Shown: positions 42,814 to 53,078, counted from the stretch's first letter. The stretch is 64,000 nucleotides of DNA from Alphaproteobacteria bacterium (GCA_963555825.3 CAUVXB020000002.1:3424001-3488000); one strand, 5' to 3'. Program-made: numbers and translations. Notes: a model not told the origin generated them from the sequence alone.

Positions 42814-43060
42814 ATGGGTGAACGAACGACGCCAGCGACCGGCGGCGGTCCGTGTGTCGCCGTGCGTTTCTAGGTAAGCGGGCAACCAAACAATACGGCT
42901 TGTTGCTACTGCAAAATGTGTCAGCAGTGGAGCCGTAGTGTTCTCACGTCTTGGGCAGGCTTCAAAATCAGCGACTTTCACTGTACCGAGGGCGAGATCA
43001 AATACTACAAGTCGTCCGAATTCGCCGAACGCGGCTTCTGCCCCGAATGTGGCTCATCGC
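42814..43060 (+). pseudogene. GFA (CENP-V/Mss4-like) family protein, internal stop and truncated
   Basis: TGGGPCVAVRF*...CYCKMCQQW...SSEFAERGFCPECGS. Confidence 0.75.
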
Positions 43061-43200
43061 CAATCACCGATCCTCGGCCTCTTCAAAAGCGCACCAGAAG
43101 TCAGGGCCCTTTCCTCCGCCGGCATTACCCGGCCTCAACGGTACTATGGCCCTGTCCGACTCCCGCCCGGCCCGCCGTGCTCACCACGGCGTCGGGGCGC
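43051..43200 (-). mobile_element. Group II intron RNA fragment (domains II-III region)
   Basis: Minus strand GGAGTCGGACAGGGCCATAGTACCGTTGAGGCCGGGTAATGCCGGCGGAGGAAAGGGCCCTGAC resembles the conserved DII/DIII of bacterial group II introns; no RT ORF. Confidence 0.65.
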
Positions 43201-43216
43201 ACTGTCTCCTTTTGGC

Positions 43217-43378
43217 TCAGGCTGTTGAAAAAGTCCCGAAACATCCATTTCGAGCCTGAATTGGCCAATTCTCCGAAATCGGTGTTTTCCTTAGTCTTTG
43301 ATTCCATTGAAATCGAATTCTCATTGGTTCCGGAAAACTGTCGAGTTTGGTTCCGCAACCGATTTTTCAACAGCCTCA
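43217..43378. mobile_element. MITE-like element, copy 2
   Basis: AGGCTGTTGAAAAA / TTTTTCAACAGCCT TIRs; diverged copy of 23643-23804. Confidence 0.8.
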
Positions 43379-43522
43379 GCCAGGAGAAGACCAACGGTGC
43401 CCTTTCGTACACGGCGATTGCCGGCGTCGTTATAGGCCCCTATTCCCGCACTAACTGGGCTTCGATAGTCATTACTATTATGGAAACGGGCACAACGGCG
43501 ATTAGAGGAGGGACCGGTCGAC

Positions 43523-44167
43523 ATGAAAATGGTCAGATTGAATGCACCTGCCGAATTGAACATGCCGATCGGCGAGGCGATGTTCAGCCAGCGCGCGATC
43601 CGGCGCCTGGACCGCGACCGGCCGATCGGCAACGCGCAATTGAAGATCGTGCTGGATGCGGCGTCCAAGGCGCCGAGCGGCGCGAACGCGCAGATGGCGC
43701 GCTACTTGGTGATTCGCGATCGGCAGCGCATCGCCGAATTCGGCGAACTCTATTACGAGGCGTGGTGGGCCAAGCGCAAGGACGACTACGGTTGGGAGCC
43801 CGGAAGTGACATCCCGGCCGAGTCGCCGTACCGAATGGCGGCGCTGCTGGCGCGCGAGATGCGCCACGCCCCGGTCGTCATCCTGGCGTACGCGATGGGC
43901 GCGGCGGCGGCGAGCTCGGTGCTGCCGGGCGTTCAGAACCTGTTGCTGGCGGCACGGGCGCTCGGCATCGGTTCGGTGCTGACGACGCTCCACCCGAGCG
44001 TGATGGACCGCGTCACCGAGATGTTAGGCGTGCCGGCCGACGCCGCCTTCCACTGCTGCATCCCGCTCGGCTATCCGCGCGGCAATTTCGGCCCGACGCG
44101 GCGCTACCAGACGGCCGATACGACCCACTGGGACCGATGGGGTGCGCGCCCGCCCTGGGCCGACTGA
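43523..44167 (+). CDS. Nitroreductase family protein
   Basis: SQRAIRR, APSGANAQ, QNLLLAARALGIGS, IPLGYP. Confidence 0.9.
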   Translation: MKMVRLNAPAELNMPIGEAMFSQRAIRRLDRDRPIGNAQLKIVLDAASKAPSGANAQMARYLVIRDRQRIAEFGELYYEAWWAKRKDDYGWEPGSDIPAESPYRMAALLAREMRHAPVVILAYAMGAAAASSVLPGVQNLLLAARALGIGSVLTTLHPSVMDRVTEMLGVPADAAFHCCIPLGYPRGNFGPTRRYQTADTTHWDRWGARPPWAD

Positions 44168-44193
44168 CCGACGCAGGTCGCGCGGCGCGCGGT

Positions 44194-45138
44194 CTATCGG
44201 TCGAACGCGTCCAGCACGGCGGCGAAGGATTCGATGCTTTGGACCGTGTTGGGCGCCAAAGAGACTTGCAGATGGTCGATGCCTTGCGCGGCAAAAGCGC
44301 GCATGCCGTCTGCGATCTCCTCTGGTGAACCGCTCAAGGGGATCGCCGTGTTGGGCGCCATGCTAGTCGGTATGTCATGGGCGCCCGTCTGGTCGACCGT
44401 GATCGACACGCTTCGCCCGATTTCCGCCGGGTCGCGCCCGACCGCGCGGCATGCCTCGTCGACGACGTCGCGCCGCGCTGGCACCTCGTCGGCGCTGCTC
44501 GCGCCGGCGCAGAGCCAGGCGTTCCAACTGTCGATATGCGGCAGGGTGATCGACAGCATACGCGGGCCGCTGGAGCCGATCATCAGCGGCGGACCTTTGG
44601 GGCGCGGGCCGCGCGGGCAGATCTCGCAGTCGCGCGCCGAGTAGTAGGTGCCGTCGAAGTCGACCTTGCCGTCGCGAAGCAGGCAGCGAATGATGGTGAA
44701 CGCCTCTTCGAAACGCGAGACGCGACGGTCATAGGGCAGGCCGAAGGCGCGGTATTCGTCCTCGTGCCAGCCCGCGCCAAGGCCCAGGATGACCCGACCG
44801 CCCGAGATTTCCTCGACCGCATCGATCATCTTTGCGAACACGGCCGGATTTCGAAACGACGTCGGGGTGACCAACGAGCCGAGCTCGACGCGGCGGGTGA
44901 TGGCGGCCAGTCCGGTCAGCATCGTCCAACACTCCCAGACGCCCTGTTGTTCCGCCTCGGTCGCATCGCCCCGGTACAACAAGTGATCGACGAACCAGAG
45001 CGAATCGACCCCGATGTCCTCGGCGAGGCCGGCCATGGTGACGTAGTCCTGCCAACGCGCTGTCTTGCCGCCCATGTCGTTCTCGCTTTCGGGCAGAATG
45101 AGTCCGACCTTCAACGGCCGCGCCTGTATGTCCGTCAT
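44194..45138 (-). CDS. LLM-class oxidoreductase (probably F420-dependent)
   Basis: DSLWFVDH, RNPAVFAK, ISGGRVILGLGAGW. Confidence 0.88.
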   Translation of the reverse strand: MTDIQARPLKVGLILPESENDMGGKTARWQDYVTMAGLAEDIGVDSLWFVDHLLYRGDATEAEQQGVWECWTMLTGLAAITRRVELGSLVTPTSFRNPAVFAKMIDAVEEISGGRVILGLGAGWHEDEYRAFGLPYDRRVSRFEEAFTIIRCLLRDGKVDFDGTYYSARDCEICPRGPRPKGPPLMIGSSGPRMLSITLPHIDSWNAWLCAGASSADEVPARRDVVDEACRAVGRDPAEIGRSVSITVDQTGAHDIPTSMAPNTAIPLSGSPEEIADGMRAFAAQGIDHLQVSLAPNTVQSIESFAAVLDAFDR

Positions 45139-45310
45139 CTTGCTCGCCTCGCTACTGTTCGTTCCGAGAGCCGGGGTCCCTGGTCAGTCTAGGGAAGCGC
45201 GGCACGCGAGTCCACGCGCCGCAGGGTTTGACAGCGGCCTGAAGGGCTCTACTCTAGCCGACCGGTCAGGCGCGGCGACGCCGGCCGGTCAACCGTAGGG
45301 GGGACCGAGG

Positions 45311-46222
45311 ATGAGCCACGATCTGCGCTTTCAAGTCGCGATCATGCCGAGTGGCGATTTCGACACCGTGCTCAAGCGCTTCAAGCATGTCGAGGACCTG
45401 GGTATCGACATGGCGACGACGGGCGACCACTTCGTCGATTGGACCAATCCGCCGCGGCCCTGGCTCGAGTCATGGACCACGCTGGCGGCGATCGCCCGGG
45501 AAACGTCTCGCATGCGGCTCGCGACCTATGTCACGCAAATCCCGCTTCGCAACCCGGCGATGCTGGCGCGCCAGGCGTTGACGCTCGACCACATCTCCGG
45601 CGGCCGGTTCGAGGTCGGCCTCGGCGTCGGCCTGCCGATCGATCCGTCCTGCGGCATGATCGGCGTCGAGAACTGGGACGAGAAGGAACGGGTTCGCCGC
45701 TTTCCCGACTATGTCGAGATCGTCGATCGGCTGCTGTCGAACGAGGTCGCGAGCTACGAGGGCGAGTACTACAGCGTCAAGGACGCGGTTATGAACCCGC
45801 GGCCGGTGCAGTCGCCCAGGCCGCCGATCGTCATCGCGGCGCTGCGCCCGGTGATGATGCGGATCGCGGCGAAATACGCCGATAATTGGAACAGCCTGAG
45901 CTTCGCCGAGACATTCGCCGAACAGCTTGCCGAGACCCGCGAGCGGGTCGCCCGCATGAACGACAACCTGGCCGCCATCGACCGCGACCCGGCCGAGCTT
46001 CGCTATTCGTATCAGATGTTCGATCCGAGCTCGCGGGCGAGCGGCGGGGCGGTCAGCTACTACGAATCCACCAACCTCTTCGTCGACATGGCGGAGAGCC
46101 TGATCGAGGCTGGCATGTCCGAGCTCGGCCTCTACTACCCGACGCTGACCGAACAGTATCCGGCCTTCGAGACGATCATCGGTGAGGTGATCCCCGACCT
46201 CAAGAAGCGCCACGGCGGCTGA
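45311..46222 (+). CDS. LLM-class oxidoreductase
   Basis: GDHF, RNPAMLA, LDHISGGRFEVGLG, PRPVQSPRPP. Confidence 0.88.
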   Translation: MSHDLRFQVAIMPSGDFDTVLKRFKHVEDLGIDMATTGDHFVDWTNPPRPWLESWTTLAAIARETSRMRLATYVTQIPLRNPAMLARQALTLDHISGGRFEVGLGVGLPIDPSCGMIGVENWDEKERVRRFPDYVEIVDRLLSNEVASYEGEYYSVKDAVMNPRPVQSPRPPIVIAALRPVMMRIAAKYADNWNSLSFAETFAEQLAETRERVARMNDNLAAIDRDPAELRYSYQMFDPSSRASGGAVSYYESTNLFVDMAESLIEAGMSELGLYYPTLTEQYPAFETIIGEVIPDLKKRHGG

Positions 46223-46252
46223 CCGAGGCACACGGGCCCGCCGCCTTGCGCC

Positions 46253-46918
46253 TCAGACCGGGCGGCGCTGGCCCCAGCCGTTCCAGTGGGTCTGTTCCGC
46301 CGCCGGCAGCCGCTTGGCGGGCTTGAAGGTCTCGCCGGTGAAATAGGCGACGGGCAGGAGCACCGCCTGGGTGACGTCGTCGGGCACGCCGAGCAGCTCG
46401 GCGACCGCGCGTTCGAACCGGAGGTGAAGCGTCGTCCAGCACGAGCCGAGTCCACGCGCCCGTAGCGCTAGCATCAACGACCAGGCGGCGGGCAGGATGG
46501 AGCCGTACATGCCGCCGAGCGACGCCGCGTCCTCACCTTCGGGGCGCCCGTCGATGGCGAGGATGATCAGCGCCGGGTTGCGGTCGAGCTCATCGGCCTG
46601 CCGGCGGGCCAGGCCCAGGTTCTTGCGGACGAGGTCGGCCCGCGCCGGATCGTCGATCGTGTCGGCGAACGCGTCCCGCTCATCCAGATAGGGATAACAG
46701 GCCTTGCGATAGAGATCGGCCACCGCCGTCTTCTTCGCCTGGTCGGTGATGACGATGAAATGCCGCGGCGTGGCGGCGGAGCCGACTGGCGACTGCAAGG
46801 CGATCTCGATGCAGGCCTCGATCATTTTCGGGTCGACCGGCTTGTCGAAGTCGAGCCGCCGGCGCACGCCTCGCGTGGTGGTCAACAGCGCGTCGACGGC
46901 GGCGATGTCGATAGTCAT
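46253..46918 (-). CDS. Nitroreductase family protein
   Basis: LTTTRGVRRRLD, SILPAAWSLMLALRARGLGSCWTTLH. Confidence 0.9.
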   Translation of the reverse strand: MTIDIAAVDALLTTTRGVRRRLDFDKPVDPKMIEACIEIALQSPVGSAATPRHFIVITDQAKKTAVADLYRKACYPYLDERDAFADTIDDPARADLVRKNLGLARRQADELDRNPALIILAIDGRPEGEDAASLGGMYGSILPAAWSLMLALRARGLGSCWTTLHLRFERAVAELLGVPDDVTQAVLLPVAYFTGETFKPAKRLPAAEQTHWNGWGQRRPV

Positions 46919-47023
46919 TTGAACTCCTCTCGATCGCTGCGAACTGCCACGACGCGTTGAGTTTGCCAGCCGACTAAAGCAGCGGCGCCATCTGCTCGCG
47001 GACTCCTCGCCGTTGCGCGGGCC

Positions 47024-47968
47024 TTAAGCCCCCTTCCTGAGCAGCTCGAGCGCGGGCGCGAACCGTTCGATCGCCCCCGTCGATATGTTGTCGATGCTGA
47101 CCTGGACGTGGGCGATTCCCTCGGCCCGATACGCGCTCAGCCCCTCGGCGATCTCCGCGGGCTCGCCGACCAAGGGCTCGAGGGGCTTGTAGTCGTGACC
47201 GGTCGGCAAGGTGTTCCACCACGGATCGGCGTCTGGTTCGGCGACCAACACCGAGACCGTCCGCTGTAACGTCGCGGGGTCGCGCCCGACCTCGACGCAG
47301 GCCTCGTCGACAAGCTCGCGCAACGGCGGCACGCCGTCGGGGGTGTTGTTGGTCGACGTCCAATAAACGTTCCATATGTCGCAATACTTGGCCGTCAACC
47401 TGAGCATCTTGGGGCCCTTGGTGCCGACCATGATCGGCGGGCCCTCGGGCCGCGGCCCGCGCGGCTTGAGCACGCAGTCGCGCGCCTGGTAGTAGGTGCC
47501 GTCGAAATCGACCTCGCCGGTCTTCAGCAACGCCGAGACGATCTGGATCGCTTCGGCGAACCGGCTATAGCGGTGATCGTAGGGATAGCCGAAGGCGCGG
47601 TATTCGACTTCGTGATAGCCCGTGCCGACGCCCAGGATCAGCCGGCCGCCGCTGATCTCGTCGACGGTGTCGGCCATCTTGGCCAACAGCGCCGGGTTGC
47701 GAAAACCCATGCCCAACACCAGATTGCCAAGCTCGACGGTCTTGGTGCAGGCGGCGAGCGCGCTCAGCATCGACCAGGATTCCCAGTTGCCGTTCGGCTC
47801 GGCGGCGTCTCTCATGTGATAGAGGAGATGGTCGTCGAGCCAGATCGAATCGAAGCCGACGTCTTCCGCAAGCATGGCGATGTCGCGAAGCGCCGACCAG
47901 CCGAGGCCGGTCCTGTCGCTGGTCGGCAGGTCCAGCCCTACCTTGATGCGGTCTTCCGTGGCGCTCAT
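47024..47968 (-). CDS. LLM-class oxidoreductase, paralog 3 of tandem trio
   Basis: MSATEDRIKVG start with RBS; 314 aa; FRNPALLAKMADTVDEISGGRLILG. Confidence 0.9.
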   Translation of the reverse strand: MSATEDRIKVGLDLPTSDRTGLGWSALRDIAMLAEDVGFDSIWLDDHLLYHMRDAAEPNGNWESWSMLSALAACTKTVELGNLVLGMGFRNPALLAKMADTVDEISGGRLILGVGTGYHEVEYRAFGYPYDHRYSRFAEAIQIVSALLKTGEVDFDGTYYQARDCVLKPRGPRPEGPPIMVGTKGPKMLRLTAKYCDIWNVYWTSTNNTPDGVPPLRELVDEACVEVGRDPATLQRTVSVLVAEPDADPWWNTLPTGHDYKPLEPLVGEPAEIAEGLSAYRAEGIAHVQVSIDNISTGAIERFAPALELLRKGA

Positions 47969-47997
47969 GTTTTCGCTCCTCCCTGTTCGCGTCGGCG

Positions 47998-48951
47998 TCA
48001 CGCCGCCTTCTTGAGCAGATCCAGCGCGGGCGCGAACTTCTCGATCGCCTTCGTCGAAATCGCGTCCATGTTGATCTGCACATGCGCGACGCCCTCGCGG
48101 CGGTACGCCGTCAGCTCCTCGGCGATCTGGTCGGGCCCGCCGATCATGGGCGTGATCGCCATGTCCTCCTTGCCGAACGGCATGTCGTTCCACCAGGGAT
48201 CGGCATCGGCGTCGGCCGTCAATACCGTGACGGTGCGCTCCAGCGTCGCCGGGTCGCGGCCGGCCTCGTTGCAGGCCTCGTCGACGATCTCGCGCAAGCG
48301 GGCGGCGCCTTGCGGGCTGTTCGTCGCGTCGTCCCAGTACGAGTTCCAGACGTCGGCGTAGCGCGCCACCAGCTTGAGCATCTTTGGGCCGATGCTGCCG
48401 ATCATGATCGGCGGGCCCTCGGGCCGCGGCCCGCGTGGCTTGAGCACGCATTCCCTCGCCTCGTAGTACTTGCCAGCGAAGTCCACCGCGCCGGTCTTCA
48501 ACAGGCCATGGACGATCTGGATCGCCTCGGCGAAACGGCTGTAACGGTAGTTGTGGGGGTAGCCGAAGGCGCGATACTCGAGCTCGTGATAGCCCGCGCC
48601 AACGCCGAGAATGAGCCGACCGCCGCTGATCTCGTCGACGGTGTCGGCCATCTTGGCCAACAGCGCCGGGTTGCGGAACCCCATGCCGAGCACCAAGGTG
48701 CCCAACTCGACGGTCTCGGTGCAGGCGGCCAGGGCGGAAATCTGGGACCAGCATTCCCACAGCCCGATCGGCTCGCGCCCGTCAGCGAGCTGGTAGAGGA
48801 AGTGATCGACGACCCAGAGCGAATCGAAGCCGACGTCCTCGGCCAGCTTGGCCATGTCGAGGATTTCCGACCAGCGCATGGAATCGCCGCCGGTTTCATG
48901 GCCTATGGGAATCTGCAGCCCCACTTTGATGCGATCTTGCGTGTCGGGCAT
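47998..48951 (-). CDS. LLM-class oxidoreductase, paralog 2 of tandem trio
   Basis: 317 aa, same core motif, GGAG RBS. Confidence 0.9.
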   Translation of the reverse strand: MPDTQDRIKVGLQIPIGHETGGDSMRWSEILDMAKLAEDVGFDSLWVVDHFLYQLADGREPIGLWECWSQISALAACTETVELGTLVLGMGFRNPALLAKMADTVDEISGGRLILGVGAGYHELEYRAFGYPHNYRYSRFAEAIQIVHGLLKTGAVDFAGKYYEARECVLKPRGPRPEGPPIMIGSIGPKMLKLVARYADVWNSYWDDATNSPQGAARLREIVDEACNEAGRDPATLERTVTVLTADADADPWWNDMPFGKEDMAITPMIGGPDQIAEELTAYRREGVAHVQINMDAISTKAIEKFAPALDLLKKAA

Positions 48952-49322
48952 TGGTCAGCTCCTCCTGGTTCCTGTTCGGCTTAGGCGGCCTCGTCGAGCA
49001 GCGCCAGCACGGGCGCGTACTGCTCGATCGCGGCCGTCGTCATCTGATCCATGTTGATCTGCACATGCGTGATGCCCCGGGGCCGGTAGGCCAGCAGCGC
49101 CTCGGCGATCTCGGCGGGCTCGCCGCAAATTGGCCGTAGCGGCCGTTCCTGGTCGCCGGTCGGCATGTCGTTCCACCAGGGGCGGGCGTCGGGGTCGGCC
49201 GCGAGCACCGTGATCGTGCGTTCCAGGGTCGCCGGGTCGCGGCCGACGTCTTGGCAGGCCTCGTCGACCATCGCCAGGAAACGCTCGGCGCCCTCGGGCG
49301 TGTTGCCCGTGTCGTCCCAATA

Positions 49323-50976
49323 GGGTGCGAGTCTCGCATGGCAGTGATGTCTGCGGCTTGGTTCGTTGAGTTCAGGCAGCGATTGCCATGGCTGCTGCAC
49401 GTGGACTGATGTTGTCGTTGGCCGGTGTGTCGGTTGCGCTGATCAGGGCCTTCCATGCCCGCTCGAAGCGGCCGGATTTGATCAGGGCGCGGAAGGTCAG
49501 AACAGCCTGTCCGCCGACGATCCGCCAGCGCATGCCGGAGCGCTTCATGCGCTGTGTCACCAGGGTCTTGTTGGCAGCTTCGACCACGCCTGAGCCGATG
49601 GCGATGCCCTCTTCCTTCAGGGCGTGGTAGCGCATGCGATGGCGATGCTTGCGGAAGAAGGCGAGTTCCCGCTCGGTCTCGGCCCGGTCCGGCGCAGCGG
49701 CGGCATCGCGAAGGTGGCGCAGCGCCCGGATCACCTTGGCGACGCCACGGGGATCGTGACGGAGGATCTCGCGGTACTTCTCGAACCAGCCGGGCGCCAC
49801 GGCATGGTCGGACGCGGTTTGCAGATGTTCGCAAGCATGCCAGAAGTCGATCACCTCGGTTTCGGGCGACAGGGTCTCCAGGAAGGTCCAGTTGTCGGCG
49901 GCGCCATCGGCGATAGCGACGATCCCGATCTCGGGGCGTGCTCGCCTGATGTGTGCGACTTCGCTTGCAAGCTGCGCCTTCAGCGTGAGCTTGCCGCTCT
50001 CCGGCATGCGGCCGAGATAGAGGGTCTTCAGGCGCTTGCCCTCGGCGTCGTGGAAGGAGACCGTGCCGCAGGCAGCCTCGCGCCAGGAGGCCTTGGCGCG
50101 ACCGTCCTCGCCGGGTCTCAGCGGCACCATGACGCCGTCGAGGGAGACCGAGGCGGTGGTCGCGTCCTGCGGTATGCCCTCGGCCTCACGGATGCTGCCC
50201 AGCGTCTCCGGGCCGAGGCTCTCCCAGCATTCGTGCATGCTCAGGGTCAGGCGCTGCAGGGTGCTCACCGACGGCGTCATGGCGCCGGTCTTCGCAAAGA
50301 ACGCCGCCGCTTCCCGGGCCGTGCAGTGACCCATCATCAGCAGACCGAGCTCGGCCGCCGGCCGCGTCAGGTAATCGTCGACGAGGCCCAGGCTCTCGTC
50401 GACCGGCACCGGCGATGCCCCGCTCGCGCCGCTGCGGTAACGCGCTCGCCGGTAGGTCACCGGACCGAGCGAGGTCATGATCGTCTTCGGCGTCACCGCG
50501 ACCCGGAACCAGCTCTGCCCGTCCCGCTCGATCCGGGAAGCGCCATCGTCCCGGTTCTCGATGACGGCGCCCATGACATCGCGAGCGAACTCGTTCGTGG
50601 CCTCACGCACCCGCAACTCGACCTCCTCGGGCGCCTCGGGGCGCGGCTCGGAACGAAGCTCCTCGCGACACAGTGCGAGCACCCGGGCGGCCGCCTCGAC
50701 GACCCGAGGAGGCAGGCCGGAAAGATCGATGGACGAAGGCGCCGGAGGCGGGGATACTGCCATGGGAATGCTCCCGATGTTGGGTTTCGAGACACGGCAT
50801 CGTACCGCTTCTGGCGGTGCGGAGCGTTCCCACCTTCCCCTGCTCGACCCTGCCGTCGTGACAAAATCCTGCCTTGGAGCGGCCCATTGTCACGAATAGC
50901 CGATTTCGGCCGTTCGTCTCGACACAAAAAACGCACTAAATCAATGACTTAGATTTTCCATACCAGACCCACACCC
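49323..50976 (-). mobile_element. ISKra4-like element, copy 2 (1654 bp)
   Basis: Near-identical to 39238-40891; TSD TCCCAATA. Confidence 0.88.
49372..50763 (-). CDS. ISKra4/UPF0236-type transposase
   Basis: Identical protein to 39287-40678. Confidence 0.88.
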   Translation of the reverse strand: MAVSPPPAPSSIDLSGLPPRVVEAAARVLALCREELRSEPRPEAPEEVELRVREATNEFARDVMGAVIENRDDGASRIERDGQSWFRVAVTPKTIMTSLGPVTYRRARYRSGASGASPVPVDESLGLVDDYLTRPAAELGLLMMGHCTAREAAAFFAKTGAMTPSVSTLQRLTLSMHECWESLGPETLGSIREAEGIPQDATTASVSLDGVMVPLRPGEDGRAKASWREAACGTVSFHDAEGKRLKTLYLGRMPESGKLTLKAQLASEVAHIRRARPEIGIVAIADGAADNWTFLETLSPETEVIDFWHACEHLQTASDHAVAPGWFEKYREILRHDPRGVAKVIRALRHLRDAAAAPDRAETERELAFFRKHRHRMRYHALKEEGIAIGSGVVEAANKTLVTQRMKRSGMRWRIVGGQAVLTFRALIKSGRFERAWKALISATDTPANDNISPRAAAMAIAA

Positions 50977-51640
50977 TCCCAATAGGCGTTCCACATGTCG
51001 GCATAGCGGGCCGTCAGCCGGAGCATTTTGTGCCCCTTGGTGCCGATCAGGATGGGCGGGCCCTCGGGCCGGGGGCCGCGCGGCTTGAGTACACAGTCGC
51101 GCGCCTGGTGGTAGGTGCCGTCGAAGTCGATCTCGCCCGTCCTCAAGAGGCCGTGGACGATCTGGAGCGCCTCTTCGAAGCGGGCGAAGCGATGGTCGTA
51201 AGGAAAACCGAAGGCGCGGTACTCGAGTTCGTGGTACCCCGCGCCGACGCCGAGGATGAGCCGGCCGCCCGAGATTTCGTCGACGGTGTCGGCCATTTTC
51301 GCCAACAGCGCCGGGTTGCGGAATCCCATGGCGAGCACCAGCGTGCCCAGCTCGACCCTCTCGGTGCAGGCCGCGAGGGCGGCCAGCACGGACCAGGCTT
51401 CCCACAGCCCGTCGGGCTCGCTCGCGCCCTCGAGCTGGTACAGCAGGTGGTCGACCACCCAGAGCGAATCGAAGCCGACGTCCTCGGCCGCCATCGCGAG
51501 GTCGCGGATGTCCGACCAGCGCGCCGTCGGATCGAAGTCCTTCTCGCTCGTCGGCAGGCGCAACCCCACCTTCATGCGGCCTCGCGTGTCGTTCATACTC
51601 CGCCTCTCAGCTGCCAGTCCCCGCTATCTGGTCCTTGGTG

Positions 51641-52081
51641 TTACTCGGCATCGTGGCCGAATACCTTCTCGGGCGTCACGACGAGCAACGCCGACGGTCC
51701 CCAATCGGGCTTGGTCTCGTCGTAGTGGCGCGCGTCGGCCTCGGTCTCGTGGTAGCGCAGGATGATGCGCCAGGTGACGTCGCCGCGCCACGCACTCTCC
51801 GTCTCGACCAGCTCGGCGGTGCCGTAGACCGTGACGGCCTGCCCGTCCGGATGGCCCTCGTCGATGCACAGGCTGACCCGCGGGTCACGCCTCACATTGC
51901 GGGCCTTCACACTATCGGCGCCGACGCTGATGTGGAAGCGGCCGTCCTCGTAGAGGTACCAGATCGGGCTGAGGTGAGGCGCACCGTTACGCCGGTTGGT
52001 GGCGAGGATCGCATTGACGGTCGCCTGCAGGATGGTGTCGATTTCGGCGTCTGTCATGATCTTCGCGTCCTCCTCAGCCAT
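51641..52081 (-). CDS. PPOX-class (FDOR-B) F420-dependent oxidoreductase
   Basis: LATNRRNGAPHLSPIWY, KARNVRRDPRVSL; start overlaps the fgd stop. Confidence 0.85.
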   Translation of the reverse strand: MAEEDAKIMTDAEIDTILQATVNAILATNRRNGAPHLSPIWYLYEDGRFHISVGADSVKARNVRRDPRVSLCIDEGHPDGQAVTVYGTAELVETESAWRGDVTWRIILRYHETEADARHYDETKPDWGPSALLVVTPEKVFGHDAE

Positions 52082-53078
52082 AGCGTTCGCGCAGCCGTGG
52101 CAGCACCTGCTCGGCATAGAGGCGCAAGAAGCGTTCCTGATCGGGACCGGGGGCGTGGAACACCAGATGCGTGAAGCCGAGCTCGATATAGGGCGCGATC
52201 ATCTCGATATGCGCGTCGGGATCGGTCGAGACGATCCAACGGCTGGCGGCCCGTTCGACCGGCAAGGCGGCGGCCAGCGCCTCGATCTCGATGGGATCCT
52301 CGATCCCTGTCTTCTCCTCGGGCGAGAGCGCGAGCGCCGCCCAGTGGCGGGTGTCCTCGAGGGCGCGCTCGGGATCGCTGTCGAAGGAGACCTTCATCTC
52401 GATCATGCGCTCAATGCCGTCCGGTGACCGGCCGGCCTTCTCGAGGCCGGTTTCGACGTTCGGCAGCAGTGTCTCGCTGTACAGCTCGGGCGCCTTGCCG
52501 CTGGTGCAAATGAAGCCGTCGGCGACACGCCCGGCGAGCCGCGCCGCAGTCGGACCCGAGGCCGCGACGTAGATCGGCACGGGCGCGGCGGGACGATCGT
52601 AGATCGTCGCGTTGGCGGTACGATAGTACTCGCCCTCGAAGGTGACGCGCTCTTCGGCCCAGAGCCGCTTGATCAATTCGATCGACTCCCTCAGGCGCCC
52701 GAACCGCTCCTTGAACTTCGGCCACTCGATGCCGATCGCCGGCACCTCGTTGAGCGACTCGCCGGTGCCGACGCCCAGCACGACGCGGCCCGGATAGAGC
52801 ACGCCGAGGGTGGCGACCGACTGGGCGACGATCGACGGATGGTAGCGGAAGGTCGGCGTGACCACGCTGGTGCCGATGATGACGCGCGAGGTCCGCGCGC
52901 CGAGCGCGCCCAGCCAAGTAAAGGAATGGGGCGCATGGCCGTCGCTGTGCTTCCACGGTTGGAAGTGATCGCTGACCCATACCGAGTCGAAGCCGACCTC
53001 TTCGGCGATGACGCCGAAGTCGAGCAGTTCGCAGGGCCCGAATTGCTCCGCCGACGCCTTGTATCCCAGTGTCAACAC
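52074..53078 (-). CDS. fgd: F420-dependent glucose-6-phosphate dehydrogenase
   Basis: LGYKASAEQFGP, SDHFQPW, GTSVVTPTFRY, GTGESLNE, FICTSGK, HLVFHAPG. Confidence 0.93.
   Translation of the reverse strand: MLTLGYKASAEQFGPCELLDFGVIAEEVGFDSVWVSDHFQPWKHSDGHAPHSFTWLGALGARTSRVIIGTSVVTPTFRYHPSIVAQSVATLGVLYPGRVVLGVGTGESLNEVPAIGIEWPKFKERFGRLRESIELIKRLWAEERVTFEGEYYRTANATIYDRPAAPVPIYVAASGPTAARLAGRVADGFICTSGKAPELYSETLLPNVETGLEKAGRSPDGIERMIEMKVSFDSDPERALEDTRHWAALALSPEEKTGIEDPIEIEALAAALPVERAASRWIVSTDPDAHIEMIAPYIELGFTHLVFHAPGPDQERFLRLYAEQVLPRLRERYG

Larger units (their letters stand above)
48981..51596 (-). pseudogene. LLM-class oxidoreductase, paralog 1, split by ISKra4-like element
   Basis: 51596-50985 + 49322-48981 rejoin in frame (MWNAYWDDTGN), 317 aa. 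Confidence 0.9.

Noticed and set aside
47969-48760. N-terminal extension making a 578-aa LLM protein
   Set aside because: The extension is an off-frame read of the upstream paralog; the real start is ATG 47968 with an RBS.
39238-50976. Composite transposon bounded by the two direct ISKra4-like copies
   Set aside because: Each copy has its own 8-bp TSD and interrupts a different gene, so they are independent insertions.
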